A stretch of DNA of 64,000 nucleotides from Octopus vulgaris (GCA_951406725.2 OX597822.1:96038001-96102000), one strand, 5' to 3'. Shown: positions 1 to 15,503, counted from the first letter of the stretch. Numbers and translations: made by a program. The notes: generated from the letters alone by a model not told the origin.

Positions 1-91
1 TATATATATACATTCAAAATATGATCGCGTGTGTATCGTTGGTGATTTTTTTTCCTCCGTCTTCCCTTCCTTGGATCTTTCGTTTTCCTAT

Positions 92-126
92 GTTTCTGAA
101 GAAGAGCTCTGCACGAAACGTTAAAT
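92..126 (+). ncRNA. Degenerate minimal type-I hammerhead-like motif in a Penelope-like terminal fragment (core also at 2030, 3987, 5967, 7937)
   Basis: GTTT-CTGAAGA-A-GAGC-tct-GCAC-GAAA-CG-T-T-AAAT. The CUGANGA and GAAA cores are intact and stem III is the palindrome ACGT. Stem II has one mismatch. Confidence 0.6.
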
Positions 127-224
127 CCTCCTTCTTTCTTTCCTTTCCTGAGCGTCCAATAACACTATACTTGTTCCATGTCCTCGCATTTTTGTATTTT
201 CTCTTTGTGATTTCATGTTTGGAT

Positions 225-257
<33 letters not shown>

Positions 258-259
<2 letters not shown>

Positions 260-411
260 CCGCAGAAGTGGGTTGCTTACCAACCACATGGTTCCAGGTT
301 CAGTCCCACTGCGTGGCACTTGGCACCTTCGGCAAATGTCTTCTACTATAGCCTCGGGCCGACCAAAGCCGTGTGAGTGGATTTGGTAGACGGAAACTGA
401 AAGAAGCACGT

Positions 412-469
<58 letters not shown>

Positions 470-700
470 TGTATACGTGTGTGTGTGTCTGTGTTTTTCC
501 CCCAACACCGCTTGACAACTGCTGCTGCTGCTGTATTTACGCCCCCGTAACTTAGCGGTTCGGCAAAGAAGCCGACAGAATAAGTACTAGGCTTACAAAG
601 AATAATTCCGGAGGTCGATTTGCTCGACTAAAAGCGGTGCTCCAGCATGGCCATAGTCAAATGTCTGAAACAAATAAAAGAATAAAAGAATAAAAGAATA
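258..700 (+). mobile_element. tRNA-derived SINE family A (one copy per tandem unit)
   Basis: B-box-like GGTTCAGTCCC head, internal (TA)n/(TG)n, and a 3' tail ...GCGGTGCTCCAGCATGGCC...CTGAAACAA(ATAAAAGA)n. Homologous to dispersed copies at 17.9, 33.0, 43.9 and 57.7 kb. Confidence 0.9.
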
Positions 701-701
701 A

Positions 702-872
702 GAGTCCTAGATGAACCTACTTCACGGCACGAGGTGCAAATGAGTGTAGCTATATCAAACTCCATTCTTCACCAAGTGCCACATATTAGACGAGGTTCGT
801 CGTAATAACAGTGTAGCACAAAACGGCGCTGCATTGGCATGGCCGCAGCTCTGAGCTGAAACTAGAAAAAGA
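702..872 (+). mobile_element. 3' end of a CR1/L2-like LINE (one per unit)
   Basis: gtcctagatgaacctacttcacgg...gagctgaaactaga aligns by eye with the LINE 3' end at 61626-61790. Confidence 0.75.
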
Positions 873-884
873 AATATATATGAT

Positions 885-929
885 TGATTCTAGTTTCAGC
901 TCATGAGCTGTGGCCATGCTGGGTCACCG
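885..929 (-). mobile_element. Short inverted LINE 3' tail, tail-to-tail with 702-872
   Basis: tctagtttcagctcatgagctgtggccatgc is the near reverse complement of gcatggccgcagctctgagctgaaactaga at 837-866. Confidence 0.75.
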
Positions 930-930
930 A

Positions 931-1136
<206 letters not shown>

Positions 1137-1410
1137 GGGTAAAATTAATTAATTAGTAATTAATAATTTTACCAAGCAGTGTTCAGTATGTAAAAGGACC
1201 ATTTACGGTATATTTAAAACATTACTTTATATAATTAGGGTTCAGCAAAAACAATATTACATTACCACACACCGAACTTTTAGAAATAGCAGCCAAAGAA
1301 TTTAGCTATTTCCTCTACTATAAGAAGAGTCTCCCAGACAATGTATACTCAAAAGCAATTCACGTAGGTATAGAAGGAAAAATAACGAAAGATCACTCGT
1401 ACATCGATTA

Positions 1411-1494
1411 CTTGAGAACGTCATTTCTGGGTTAGTTAGATATAGAGATGCTAGAAATACATACCTATATCAACATTCCTGTCATCAGCCCAAG
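1411..1494 (-). ncRNA. Hammerhead-like motif with long stem II inside a ~307-bp partial tandem (pLTR-like) fragment (core also near 3439, 5418, 7390, 9683)
   Basis: Minus strand reads CTTGGG-CTGATGA-[hairpin containing GATATAG/CTATATC]-GAAA-TGACG-T-T-CTCAAG. It lies between direct repeats tactttatataattagggttcagcaaaaa at ~1222 and ~1529. The base of stem II is imperfect. Confidence 0.5.
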
Positions 1495-1635
1495 ATTTCG
1501 TTAAGTTTAAATTTGAGAGCACTAAAAATACTTTATATAATTAGGGTTCAGCAAAAAAGAAGAATATATATATATATATATCAGAAATACTAAATTTCTA
1601 AATCTCTCGTAGAGACATGTACGGTGGTGGGGCGA

Positions 1636-1920
1636 TAGAATGGTTGTATACTGCCAATCTAACACGAACGTGACAGTTGGGGGTACACCACCGCTGTTTA
1701 GCCCTAGGAAGCATCGACGCCTCCTGATGGGTTTGACACATTTTTCCTGTGTCCTTATATACATTTACATTTACATTATATACATTCGTAAATGTATATA
1801 AGGAAACAGGAAAAATGTGTCAAAGCCATCAGGAGGCGTCGATGCTTCCTAGGGCTAAACAGCGGTGGTGTACCGCCTACTGTCACGTTCGTGTTAGATT
1901 GACTGTATACAACCATTCTA
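1636..1920. repeat. Palindrome with ~133-bp arms and ~19-bp spacer, present in every tandem unit
   Basis: 1636-1768 is the near reverse complement of 1788-1920. Paralogs at ~3594-3877, 5573-5856, 7544-7827 and 9837-10121. Confidence 0.95.
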
Positions 1921-2158
1921 TATATATATATACATATATATATACATTCAAAATATGATCGCGTGTGTATCGTTGGTGATTTTTTTTCCTCCGTCTTCCC
2001 TTCCTTGGATCTTTCGTTTTCCTATGTTTCTGAAGAAGAGCTCTGCACGAAACGTTAAATCCTCCTTCTTTCTTTCCTTTCCTGAGCGTCCAATAACACT
2101 ATACTTGTTCCATGTCCTCGCATTTTTGTATTTTCTCTTTGTGATTTCATGTTTGGAT

Positions 2159-2197
<39 letters not shown>

Positions 2198-2349
2198 CCG
2201 CAGAAGTGGGTTGCTTACCAACCACATGGTTCCAGGTTCAGTCCCACTGCGTGGCACTTGGCACCTTCGGCAAATGTCTTCTACTATAGCCTCGGGCCGA
2301 CCAAAGCCGTGTGAGTGGATTTGGTAGACGGAAACTGAAAGAAGCACGT

Positions 2350-2403
<54 letters not shown>

Positions 2404-2864
2404 TGTATACGTGTGTGTGTGTCTGTGTTTTTCCCCCAACACCGCTTGACAACTGCTGCTGCTGCTGTATTTACGCCCCCGTAACTTAGCGGTTCGGCAA
2501 AAGAAGCCGACAGAATAAGTACTAGGCTTACAAAGAATAATTCCGGAGGTCGATTTGCTCGACTAAAAGCGGTGCTCCAGCATGGCCATAGTCAAATGTC
2601 TGAAACAAATAAAAGAATAAAAGAATAAAAGAATAAGAGTCCTAGATGAACCTACTTCACGGCACGAGGTGCAAATGAGTGTAGCTATATCAAACTCCAT
2701 TCTTCACCAAGTGCCACATATTAGACGAGGTTCGTCGTAATAACAGTGTAGCACAAAACGGCGCTGCATTGGCATGGCCGCAGCTCTGAGCTGAAACTAG
2801 AAAAAGAAATATATATGATTGATTCTAGTTTCAGCTCATGAGCTGTGGCCATGCTGGGTCACCG

Positions 2865-2897
<33 letters not shown>

Positions 2898-2911
2898 TGA
2901 TGATGATGATG

Positions 2912-3093
<182 letters not shown>

Positions 3094-4115
3094 GGGTAAA
3101 ATTAATTAATTAGTAATTAATAATTTTACCAAGCAGTGTTCAGTATGTAAAAGGACCATTTACGGTATATTTAAAACATTACTTTATATAATTAGGGTTC
3201 AGCAAAAACAATATTACATTACCACACACCGAACTTTTAGAAATAGCAGCCAAAGAATTTAGCTATTTCCTCTACTATAAGAAGAGTCTCCCAGACAATG
3301 TATACTCAAAAGCAATTCACGTAGGTATAGAAGGAAAAATAACGAAAGATCACTCGTACATCGATTACTTGAGAACGTCATTTCTGGGTTAGTTAGATAT
3401 AGAGATGCTAGAAATACATACCTATATCAACATTCCTGTCATCAGCCCAAGATTTCGTTAAGTTTAAATTTGAGAGCACTAAAAATACTTTATATAATTA
3501 GGGTTCAGCAAAAAAAGAAGAATATATATATATATATATCAGAAATACTAAATTTCTAAATCTCTCGTAGAGACATGTACGGTGGTGGGGCGATAGAATG
3601 GTTGTATACTGCCAATCTAACACGAACGTGACAGTAGGGGGTACACCACCGCTGTTTAGCCCTAGGAAGCATCGACGCCTCCTGATGGGTTTGACACATT
3701 TTTCCTGTGTCCTTATATACATTTACATTTACATTATATACATTCGTAAATGTATATAAGGACACAGGAAAAATGTGTCAAAGCCATCAGGAGGCGTCGA
3801 TGCTTCTAGGGCTAAACAGCGGTGGTGTACCGCCTACTGTCACGTTCGTGTTAGATTGACTGTATACAACCATTCTATATATATATATACATATATATAT
3901 ACATTCAAAATATGATCGCGTGTGTATCGTTGGTGATTTTTTTTCCTCCGTCTTCCCTTCCTTGGATCTTTCGTTTTCCTATGTTTCTGAAGAAGAGCTC
4001 TGCACGAAACGTTAAATCCTCCTTCTTTCTTTCCTTTCCTGAGCGTCCAATAACACTATACTTGTTCCATGTCCTCGCATTTTTGTATTTTCTCTTTGTG
4101 ATTTCATGTTTGGAT

Positions 4116-4150
<35 letters not shown>

Positions 4151-4302
4151 CCGCAGAAGTGGGTTGCTTACCAACCACATGGTTCCAGGTTCAGTCCCAC
4201 TGCGTGGCACTTGGCACCTTCGGCAAATGTCTTCTACTATAGCCTCGGGCCGACCAAAGCCGTGTGAGTGGATTTGGTAGACGGAAACTGAAAGAAGCAC
4301 GT

Positions 4303-4356
<54 letters not shown>

Positions 4357-4858
4357 TTTATACGTGTGTGTGTGTCTGTGTTTTTCCCCCAACACCGCTT
4401 GACAACTGCTGCTGCTGCTGTATTTACGCCCCCGTAACTTAGCGGTTCGGCAAAAGAAGCCGACAGAATAAGTACTAGGCTTACAAAGAATAATTCCGGA
4501 GGTCGATTTGCTCGACTAAAAGCGGTGCTCCAGCATGGCCATAGTCAAATGTCTGAAACAAATAAAAGAATAAAAGAATAAAAGAATAAGAGTCCTAGAT
4601 GAACCTACTTCACGGCACGAGGTGCAAATGAGTGTAGCTATATCAAACTCCATTCTTCACCAAGTGCCACATATTAGACGAGGTTCGTCGTAATAACAGT
4701 GTAGCACAAAACGGCGCTGCATTGGCATGGCCGCAGCTCTGAGCTGAAACTAGAAAAAGAAATATATATGATTGATTCTAGTTTCAGCTCATGAGCTGTG
4801 GCCATGCTGGGTCACCGATATAATAATAATAATAATAATAATAATGATGATGATGATG

Positions 4859-5072
<214 letters not shown>

Positions 5073-6095
5073 GGGTAAAATTAATTAATTAGTAATTAAT
5101 AATTTTACCAAGCAGTGTTCAGTATGTAAAAGGACCATTTACGGTATATTTAAAACATTACTTTATATAATTAGGGTTCAGCAAAAACAATATTACATTA
5201 CCACACACCGAACTTTTAGAAATAGCAGCCAAAGAATTTAGCTATTTCCTCTACTATAAGAAGAGTCTCCCAGACAATGTATACTCAAAAGCAATTCACG
5301 TAGGTATAGAAGGAAAAATAACGAAAGATCACTCGTACATCGATTACTTGAGAACGTCATTTCTGGGTTAGTTAGATATAGAGATGCTAGAAATACATAC
5401 CTATATCAACATTCCTGTCATCAGCCCAAGATTTCGTTAAGTTTAAATTTGAGAGCACTAAAAATACTTTATATAATTAGGGTTCAGCAAAAAAAGAAGA
5501 ATATATATATATATATATCAGAAATACTAAATTTCTAAATCTCTCGTAGAGACATGTACGGTGGTGGGGCGATAGAATGGTTGTATACTGCCAATCTAAC
5601 ACGAACGTGACAGTAGGGGGTACACCACCGCTGTTTAGCCCTAGGAAGCATCGACGCCTCCTGATGGGTTTGACACATTTTTCCTGTGTCCTTATATACA
5701 TTTACATTTACATTATATACATTCGTAAATGTATATAAGGACACAGGAAAAATGTGTCAAAGCCATCAGGAGGCGTCGATGCTTCCTAGGGCTAAACAGC
5801 GGTGGTGTACGCCTACTGTCACGTTCGTGTTAGATTGACTGTATTCAACCACTCTATATATATATATACATATATATATACATTCAAAATATGATCGCGT
5901 GTGTATCGTTGGTGATTTTTTTTTCCTCCGTCTTCCCTTCCTTGGATCTTTCGTTTTCCTATGTTTCTGAAGAAGAGCTCTGCACGAAACGTTAAATCCT
6001 CCTTCTTTCTTTCCTTTCCTGAGCGTCCAATAACACTATACTTGTTGCATGTCCTCGCATTTTTGTATTTTCTCTTTGTGATTTCATGTTTGGAT

Positions 6096-6134
<39 letters not shown>

Positions 6135-6288
6135 CCGCAGAGAAGTGGGTTGCTTACCAACCACATGGTTCCAGGTTCAGTCCCACTGCGTGGCACTTGG
6201 CACCTTCGGCAAATGTCTTCTACTATAGCCTCGGGCCGACCAAAGCCGTGTGAGTGGATTTGGTAGACGGAAACTGAAAGAAGCACGT

Positions 6289-6346
<58 letters not shown>

Positions 6347-6851
6347 TGTATACGTGTGTGTGTGTCTGTGTTTTTCCCCCAACACCGCTTGACAACTGCT
6401 GCTGCTGCTGTATTTACGCCCCCGTAACTTAGCGGTTCGGCAAAAGAAGCCGACAGAATAAGTACTAGGCTTACAAAGAATAATTCCGGAGGTCGATTTG
6501 CTCGACTAAAAGCGGTGCTCCAGCATGGCCATAGTCAAATGTCTGAAACAAATAAAAGAATAAAAGAATAAAAGAATAAGAGTCCTAGATGAACCTACTT
6601 CACGGCACGAGGTGCAAATGAGTGTAGCTATATCAAACTCCATTCTTCACCAAGTGCCACATATTAGACGAGGTTCGTCGTAATAACAGTGTAGCACAAA
6701 ACGGCGCTGCATTGGCATGGCCGCAGCTCTGAGCTGAAACTAGAAAAAGAAATATATATGATTGATTCTAGTTTCAGCTCATGAGCTGTGGCCATGCTGG
6801 GTCACCGATATAATAATAATAATAATAATAATAATGATGATGATGATGATG

Positions 6852-7044
<193 letters not shown>

Positions 7045-8065
7045 GGGTAAAATTAATTAATTAGTAATTAATAATTTTACCAAGCAGTGTTCAGTATGTA
7101 AAAGGACCATTTACGGTATATTTAAAACATTACTTTATATAATTAGGGTTCAGCAAAAACAATATTACATTACCACACACCGAACTTTTAGAAATAGCAG
7201 CCAAAGAATTTAGCTATTTCCTCTACTATAAGAAGAGTCTCCCAGACAATGTATACTCAAAAGCAATTCACGTAGGTATAGAAGGAAAAATAACGAAAGA
7301 TCACTCGTACATCGATTACTTGAGAACGTCATTTCTGGGTTAGTTAGATATAGAGATGCTAGAAATACATACCTATATCAACATTCCTGTCATCAGCCCA
7401 AGATTTCGTTAAGTTTAAATTTGAGAGCACTAAAAATACTTTATATAATTAGGGTTCAGCAAAAAAGAAGAATATATATATATATATATCAGAAATACTA
7501 AATTTCTAAATCTCTCGTAGAGACATGTACGGTGGTGGGGCGATAGAATGGTTGTATACTGCCAATCTAACACGAACGTGACAGTAGGGGGTACACCACC
7601 GCTGTTTAGCCCTAGGAAGCATCGACGCCTCCTGATGGGTTTGACACATTTTTCCTGTGTCCTTATATACATTTACATTTACATTATATACATTCGTAAA
7701 TGTATATAAGGACACAGGAAAAATGTGTCAAAGCCATCAGGAGGCGTCGATGCTTCTAGGGCTAAACAGCGGTGGTGTACCGCCTACTGTCACGTTCGTG
7801 TTAGATTGACTGTATACAACCATTCTATATATATATATACATATATATATACATTCAAAATATGATCGCGTGTGTATCGTTGGTGATTTTTTTTCCTCCG
7901 TCTTCCCTTCCTTGGATCTTTCGTTTTCCTATGTTTCTGAAGAAGAGCTCTGCACGAAACGTTAAATCCTCCTTCTTTCTTTCCTTTCCTGAGCGTCCAA
8001 TAACACTATACTTGTTCCATGTCCTCGCATTTTTGTATTTTCTCTTTGTGATTTCATGTTTGGAT

Positions 8066-8102
<37 letters not shown>

Positions 8103-8254
8103 CCGCAGAAGTGGGTTGCTTACCAACCACATGGTTCCAGGTTCAGTCCCACTGCGTGGCACTTGGCACCTTCGGCAAATGTCTTCTACTATAGCCTCGG
8201 GCCGACCAAAGCCGTGTGAGTGGATTTGGTAGACGGAAACTGAAAGAAGCACGT

Positions 8255-8294
<40 letters not shown>

Positions 8295-8755
8295 TGTATA
8301 CGTGTGTGTGTGTCTGTGTTTTTCCCCCAACACCGCTTGACAACTGCTGCTGCTGCTGTATTTACGCCCCCGTAACTTAGCGGTTCGGCAAAAGAAGCCG
8401 ACAGAATAAGTACTAGGCTTACAAAGAATAATTCCGGAGGTCGATTTGCTCGACTAAAAGCGGTGCTCCAGCATGGCCATAGTCAAATGTCTGAAACAAA
8501 TAAAAGAATAAAAGAATAAAAGAATAAGAGTCCTAGATGAACCTACTTCACGGCACGAGGTGCAAATGAGTGTAGCTATATCAAACTCCATTCTTCACCA
8601 AGTGCCACATATTAGACGAGGTTCGTCGTAATAACAGTGTAGCACAAAACGGCGCTGCATTGGCATGGCCGCAGCTCTGAGCTGAAACTAGAAAAAGAAA
8701 TATATATGATTGATTCTAGTTTCAGCTCATGAGCTGTGGCCATGCTGGGTCACCG

Positions 8756-9259
<504 letters not shown>

Positions 9260-9261
9260 CG

Positions 9262-9337
<76 letters not shown>

Positions 9338-10115
9338 GGGTAAAATTAATTAATTAGTAATTAATAATTTTACCAAGCAGTGTTCAGTATGTAAAAGGAC
9401 CATTTACGGTATATTTAAAACATTACTTTATATAATTAGGGTTCAGCAAAAACAATATTACATTACCACACACCGAACTTTTAGAAATAGCAGCCAAAGA
9501 ATTTAGCTATTTCCTCTACTATAAGAAGATTCTCCCAGACAATGTATACTCAAAAGCAATTCACGTAGGTATAGAAGGAAAAATAACGAAAGATCACTCG
9601 TACATCGATTACTTGAGAACGTCATTTCTGGGTTAGTTAGATATAGAGATGCTAGAAATACATACCTATATCAACATTCCTGTCATCAGCCCAAGATTTC
9701 GTTAAGTTTAAATTTGAGAGCACTAAAAATACTTTATATAATTAGGGTTCAGCAAAAAAAGAAGAATATATATATATATATATCAGAAATACTAAATTTC
9801 TAAATCTCTCGTAGAGACATGTACGGTGGTGGGGCGATAGAATGGTTGTATACTGCCAATCTAACACGAACGTGACAGTAGGGGGTACACCACCGCTGTT
9901 TAGCCCTAGGAAGCATCGACGCCTCCTGATGGGTTTGACACATTTTTCCTGTGTCCTTATATACATTTACATTTACATTATATACATTCGTAGATGTATA
10001 TAAGGACACAGGAAAAATGTGTCAAAGCCATCAGGAGGCGTCGATGCTTCCTAGGGCTAAACAGCGGTGGTGTACCGCCAACTGTCACGTTCGTGTTAGA
10101 TTGACTGTATACAAC

Positions 10116-10171
<56 letters not shown>

Positions 10172-10174
10172 GTA

Positions 10175-10218
<44 letters not shown>

Positions 10219-10219
10219 A

Positions 10220-10254
<35 letters not shown>

Positions 10255-11082
10255 TGAGTGAACTGCTTAGCGAAATTTAAGGCTTTCAGAAGGAGGGGTT
10301 TTGATATAGATAGGTAAAAGTCTAAGATGTCCAGCCGCGTGAATCTGCGAGCTGATTTATTCTCAATAGCTAGGAGAATAATTACATATAAATGTGACAA
10401 AAAAATAGAAGTACGAAGTTGAACTGAACGTTATTATAGTTCACCATAAGCTATAAATTAATCCTGTTTGAGAATACATGCTAACGCACATGGCATTCAG
10501 CTTCGTCTTTTTGTGCTCCTTCTTGAAGAAATTCATCTTTCCTGATTACTATGGAAACATTGGGACCCAATGACATTTGAAGCATCGAGATTTTCTAATT
10601 AAATATATGCCTTTAGCACGTATAATTGACGACACTGGAAGTAATTAATTCGCTGCTGTCAATGTTCGATGACTGATTAACGATTCCTTTTTAGTCTGCT
10701 ATGCTATCATTTATTCTGGCTAAATTCCATCCGTATGTCAAGTGTGGAAATCGTGACAAAATCTAATTGTCTCTTGGCGACGAGAAATGTTATTTGTTCA
10801 TAGCTCTCGGCTGTCTACGAAAATGTTTGTCGGCGTAGTGATTGATATTTCATCACACACTCACACACTCATACACACACCACACCACCCCACATCACAC
10901 ATATACACACACAATATTTGTAGTTAACACATCTCCAGCTGCCTCGATGTTTAATTTACAGTGGAAAAAAAAGCAAAAAACAGTACTTGTTACGGCGAAA
11001 CACACACACACACACAAAAATACAAAACATGTTTGTCTTATGTTCGAATATTTCTTATATTGAAAAATCGCTTCTCTCCCTC

Positions 11083-11136
<54 letters not shown>

Positions 11137-11642
11137 CATTCACGCACACACTCAAACAAACAAACATACAAACACACCTAATAATATCTAATGCTAGGTG
11201 GATCTTCTTTCACTAACACACCACTAGTCACACACTAAAGCTCTGTATCTTCCAGCTTCGTTTTCTACCATTACTATAATGGCACCACAGTTACAGCTGC
11301 TCTGAACTAGTAAGCTGAGTCAACTAATCCATCAAAACTTATCCAATTATACAGTTTTTTCTTCGTTTCTTCATCCCGCTGCGTTTTTGTCATCTTTTGA
11401 TCTGGATTCCAGTGTCTACTTTTGATAGAATAGTGTAGAAAGCGAAAACTAGGATTCCATCACATGACTGTAACCTCTTAATTACACCAATGATTTGTGC
11501 TAATAAAAGAAATCAGTTTTAAAAGATTTGTGACAATCCTTTAATAATGAGAAACCTTATGCCAAGGCTCTTTCATAGCTGCAGTCCAACGACGAAACGA
11601 ACAGGAAAAGAATAATAAAATACTCGGTCAAATATATATATA

Positions 11643-12144
11643 TCTATATATATAAAACTGTAGTTGTGTGAGTGTCTGTCCCCTTCGATTTAGATTCCTG
11701 ACTACTCCCACATTTTGCGGTGCAGTTTAACCAAATTCGGGTATTTTATAGTCGTGATTCATATCGAGTCCGTCTGAGTATTAGCGCGTGTCTACGATGA
11801 GTCTACGATTTAAAAAATAATTTAACATCATTTTTTATTCCATTTTAATGCACAATTTTTCGTGTGTCGATGGCGGCGGAGTTGGCGTCCATGGTCACAC
11901 CTGCACCTGTTTGCTTCTCCCCCTTCTTCCCTCCCTCGTGAAGCTGTGGGGAAGGGAGTGTCAGGAAATCAACGTCGTAAAGCGTTGTCAAGGAGACCAG
12001 CGTTCTTTTAGAACAACGACTTCATGGCTTGAAGACACCAAAACAGAAATGGCTAAGAAAGCCCGAATTGGCATCTATAAGGGAAGTAACTCTCTAAAAA
12101 TGCTTATATAGTTATTTCCCTTACAACGCCGGGTGATACTGCTA

Positions 12145-12145
<1 letters not shown>
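11643..12145 (+). mobile_element. Non-autonomous Helitron
   Basis: 5' TC and 3' CTAG between host A and T, with no TSD. Homologous to 26260-26661 and 63852-64000. The subterminal hairpin is partly deleted in this copy. Confidence 0.8.
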
Positions 12146-12177
<32 letters not shown>

Positions 12178-12182
<5 letters not shown>

Positions 12183-12366
12183 AATACTAAATTTCTAAAT
12201 CTCTCGTAGAGACATGTACGGGTGGTGGGGCGATAGAATGGTTGTATACTGTCAATCTAACACGAACGTGACAGTAGGGGGTACACCACCGCTGTTTAGC
12301 CCTAGGAAGCATCGACGCCTCCTGATGGCTTTGACACATTTTTTCTGTGTCCTTATATACATTTAC
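12178..12366. repeat. Solo, non-palindromic copy of the tandem-unit palindrome arm
   Basis: Near-identical to 1581-1768 but followed by unrelated sequence. Confidence 0.93.
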
Positions 12367-13019
12367 ACTATCTGAGTCATTATAAAACATCTAACATTCC
12401 AAGATATTTTAGTTCTACGATCGTTTAAAGAAAATAATCCTAACTGCAGAACTAGCAGTATTTTTTGTAACCTACGATGGAAATGCAATATACGCAAATC
12501 AGTGGGAAATATATTGTGGAGAAAAACGAAAAAAGGAAAGGAAAACTGTTTTTGTCGGTATATCATTCACTCAGGTATTTTGTCCTTCCTATGTAAAAAG
12601 CCCTCGACCTTTTCCTTTCACTGATCCTTATCTTTGGTGTTTCTCACCAATTGCACCTGCTGGCTTCACTCACATCTAATTTTCTGTCTCCGGGTCACGT
12701 CCATAGGAGTTGCTTCTTTGGCCTTCCTCTCTTCCTTTCGCTTTCGGAGTTGTGAGGGACACACTGGGTCTCCAACCAAGGGACTGCCCAACGAGGCTGT
12801 GTCAAGGCTTTTCGACCGTATCCTATTCACTGTCTTCTCGGTTGATTTTTGTGTCAATTGGGTTCTGTTGGGTTTGTTCTCGCGGGGTTTATCACGAAAG
12901 CAATAACAATTCAACTAGAAACTATTTCGTCTGTGGAGTTGCTAGAAATTGTAACCTCAAATGCAGAATTGCTTCACGTAGTGGAATGAATAATTAAAAT
13001 GTCATTGGTCAATGACTAA

Positions 13020-13233
13020 CATTGGTTTCAAATTTTGGCACAAGGCCAGCAATTTCCGGGGAGGGGTAAGTCGTTCCCATCGACCCAGTGATCAACTGGT
13101 ACTTATTTCATCGACTCCGAAAAGAGGAGAGGGAAAGTCGACCTCGGCGTATTTGGACTCAGAATGTAAGGACGGACGAAATGTCGCTAAGCATTTTGCC
13201 CGGCGCGCTAACGAATCTGCCAGTTCACTGCTT
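13020..13233 (-). mobile_element. SINE family B, diverged copy
   Basis: Shares aaagtcgacctcggcg...cattttgcccggcgcgctaacgaatctgccag with the other family-B copies. Confidence 0.75.
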
Positions 13234-13294
13234 TAGTCAATGATTAATATTGCTTGTTTTTTTTGTTTTTTTTCTCGCAAATATTTTTAGGCAT

Positions 13295-13816
13295 ACTTGC
13301 CATCTCAATATGGTTAACAACTAAGGGTGGGTGTTACAGTAGCTTGTAGCTCTAGGAGAACATCGTCTCCAGCTGGCTTTAGGCACGCTTTCTGTGCCCT
13401 TATGGTATTTGCAAAGGGAGGTCATCCCTCCCTCGTCAAACTAAGTGATACGCACGGACTGCAGTTTCTAGGTATTGACCTGTCCTGTTTATACCTCGTT
13501 CAGAGATTTATTATTGCTTGCATACAGTTTTTCGAGATCAGTGACGAAAAGTTACTGGAAAAACGATAAAAAATATTTACATTGGGACATCCCTTCATCG
13601 AAAACCGGTGATTGTCGTACGCCGACGACAGGTCAATACCTTGTAACTGCCGTCCGTGCGTATCACTTAGGTTGACGAGGGAGGGATGACCTCCCTTTGC
13701 AAATACCATAAGGGCACAGAAAGTGTTCCTAAAGCCAGCTGGAGACGATGTTCTCCTGGGGCTACAAGCTATAGTAACACCCACCCTTAGTGGTTAGCCA
13801 TATTGAGATGGCAAGT
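13295..13816. repeat. Inverted repeat with ~190-bp arms and ~140-bp spacer
   Basis: 13295-13484 versus 13627-13816 reverse complement, with scattered mismatches. Confidence 0.93.
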
Positions 13817-13982
13817 TTACCTCACATTGTCGTGCAGTCACTGTTTATACCTCGTTCAGAGATTTATTATTATTTTTTGGCTGCCTTTGCATAATCTCTG
13901 CACTAAATGTGTTAACACTAACTTAACTGTTGTTTTCCAAACGAATGGTGTCTACGAGAGATTTATTTTCTGAACATTCATA

Positions 13983-14027
<45 letters not shown>

Positions 14028-14899
14028 ACACGACTCTCTTTGTTACCACCATCTTATATTTTATTATCGCTCGTGTGAGCCATAATTAAAGCGTAAATAC
14101 ACGCAGAAGTTTTAAAGGACAAAAATACATTAAATCTTATTCAGTGAACACAAAATTCTCCTCATTACATGGAGAGTTTCCCTTATTATTTTAGCCTTCA
14201 TGTTTAGTTTATATGCTATTCTTACTTCCATATTTATAGTTCTTTCTTTCATAATGTTCAATTATCAACCATTATTCTCTCATTATTTTAATATATTTCC
14301 ATGCGTGTTACTGCTGCTACTGCTACTGCTGCTGCTGCTATTTGTGTTGTTCAAGCTCATTCTAATGTTAATGTCGTCGTCGCCATCTTTGTTGTTGCTT
14401 TGCAGTACAGCTTTATTTGTTAGTTCTGCTCTTTTTCTTTCCACTTTACCTAATTTGATAAGTCAATGAATATACTTCATTTATTAATGCCATTCGTAGA
14501 CAAAAAGAAAATCGACAAAAACAAAAAAAAAAAAAAGAAATTAGTGTTTGTTGAGGGACGTACAGTCTCAGATATGAATCACATCAAAATCTATTGTGAT
14601 TACCATTGATGATTACCTACGTTATATAATAAAATCAATATTGCTTTCTAGATGATTCGTATTCATATTATATACGCATTCACATACACACAAACATATA
14701 TACTCATACACATTCACGTACATAGAGGTTTTCTTTATGTTAGTAAGAAAAGAGAAAATATCCGTTGCTAAATTTGTCAAACATGTTGCATTATGTGACA
14801 TAACAATTGTAACTACAGAATATATCTTTGTATTTCAAAGCAACTCTAGATCTGAACTGCATTCCAGGGCATTCATTCGTCCATATATTAATGCTTGCA

Positions 14900-14975
<76 letters not shown>

Positions 14976-15470
14976 AGGTTGCATATATACATGGATGCAT
15001 GTATACATAGAAGTGAACAATGATACATAGTTCTACACACATATATATTCATACATACTTACAAATATACGTACACACACATACATTCATACATACTTAC
15101 AAACATACGTACATACACAAATACACACATACACACGCACACACACACACACATACACACACACACATACACACACACACACACATTAATATATATATAT
15201 ATACATATATACACATACTTACATTTACACACATACATAAATACACTGTTTATGTTGATCTAAATTTCAATAAAACCGACTTGTTTCAATGTGGGAACAT
15301 AACTTAAGTCAGAAGAATATACATATACACATATATATACAAATACGGACATGCATGCATGCAACCCACATCCATCCATCCATCCATCCATCCATCCATC
15401 CATCCATACATACATACATACATACATACATACATACATACATACATACATAAATATATTCCAACGAAAC

Positions 15471-15503
<33 letters not shown>

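Noticed and set aside
1718-1756. CTGATGG plus GACACA/TGTGTC hairpin in the palindrome arm as a ribozyme
   Set aside because: No GAAA or stem III follows.
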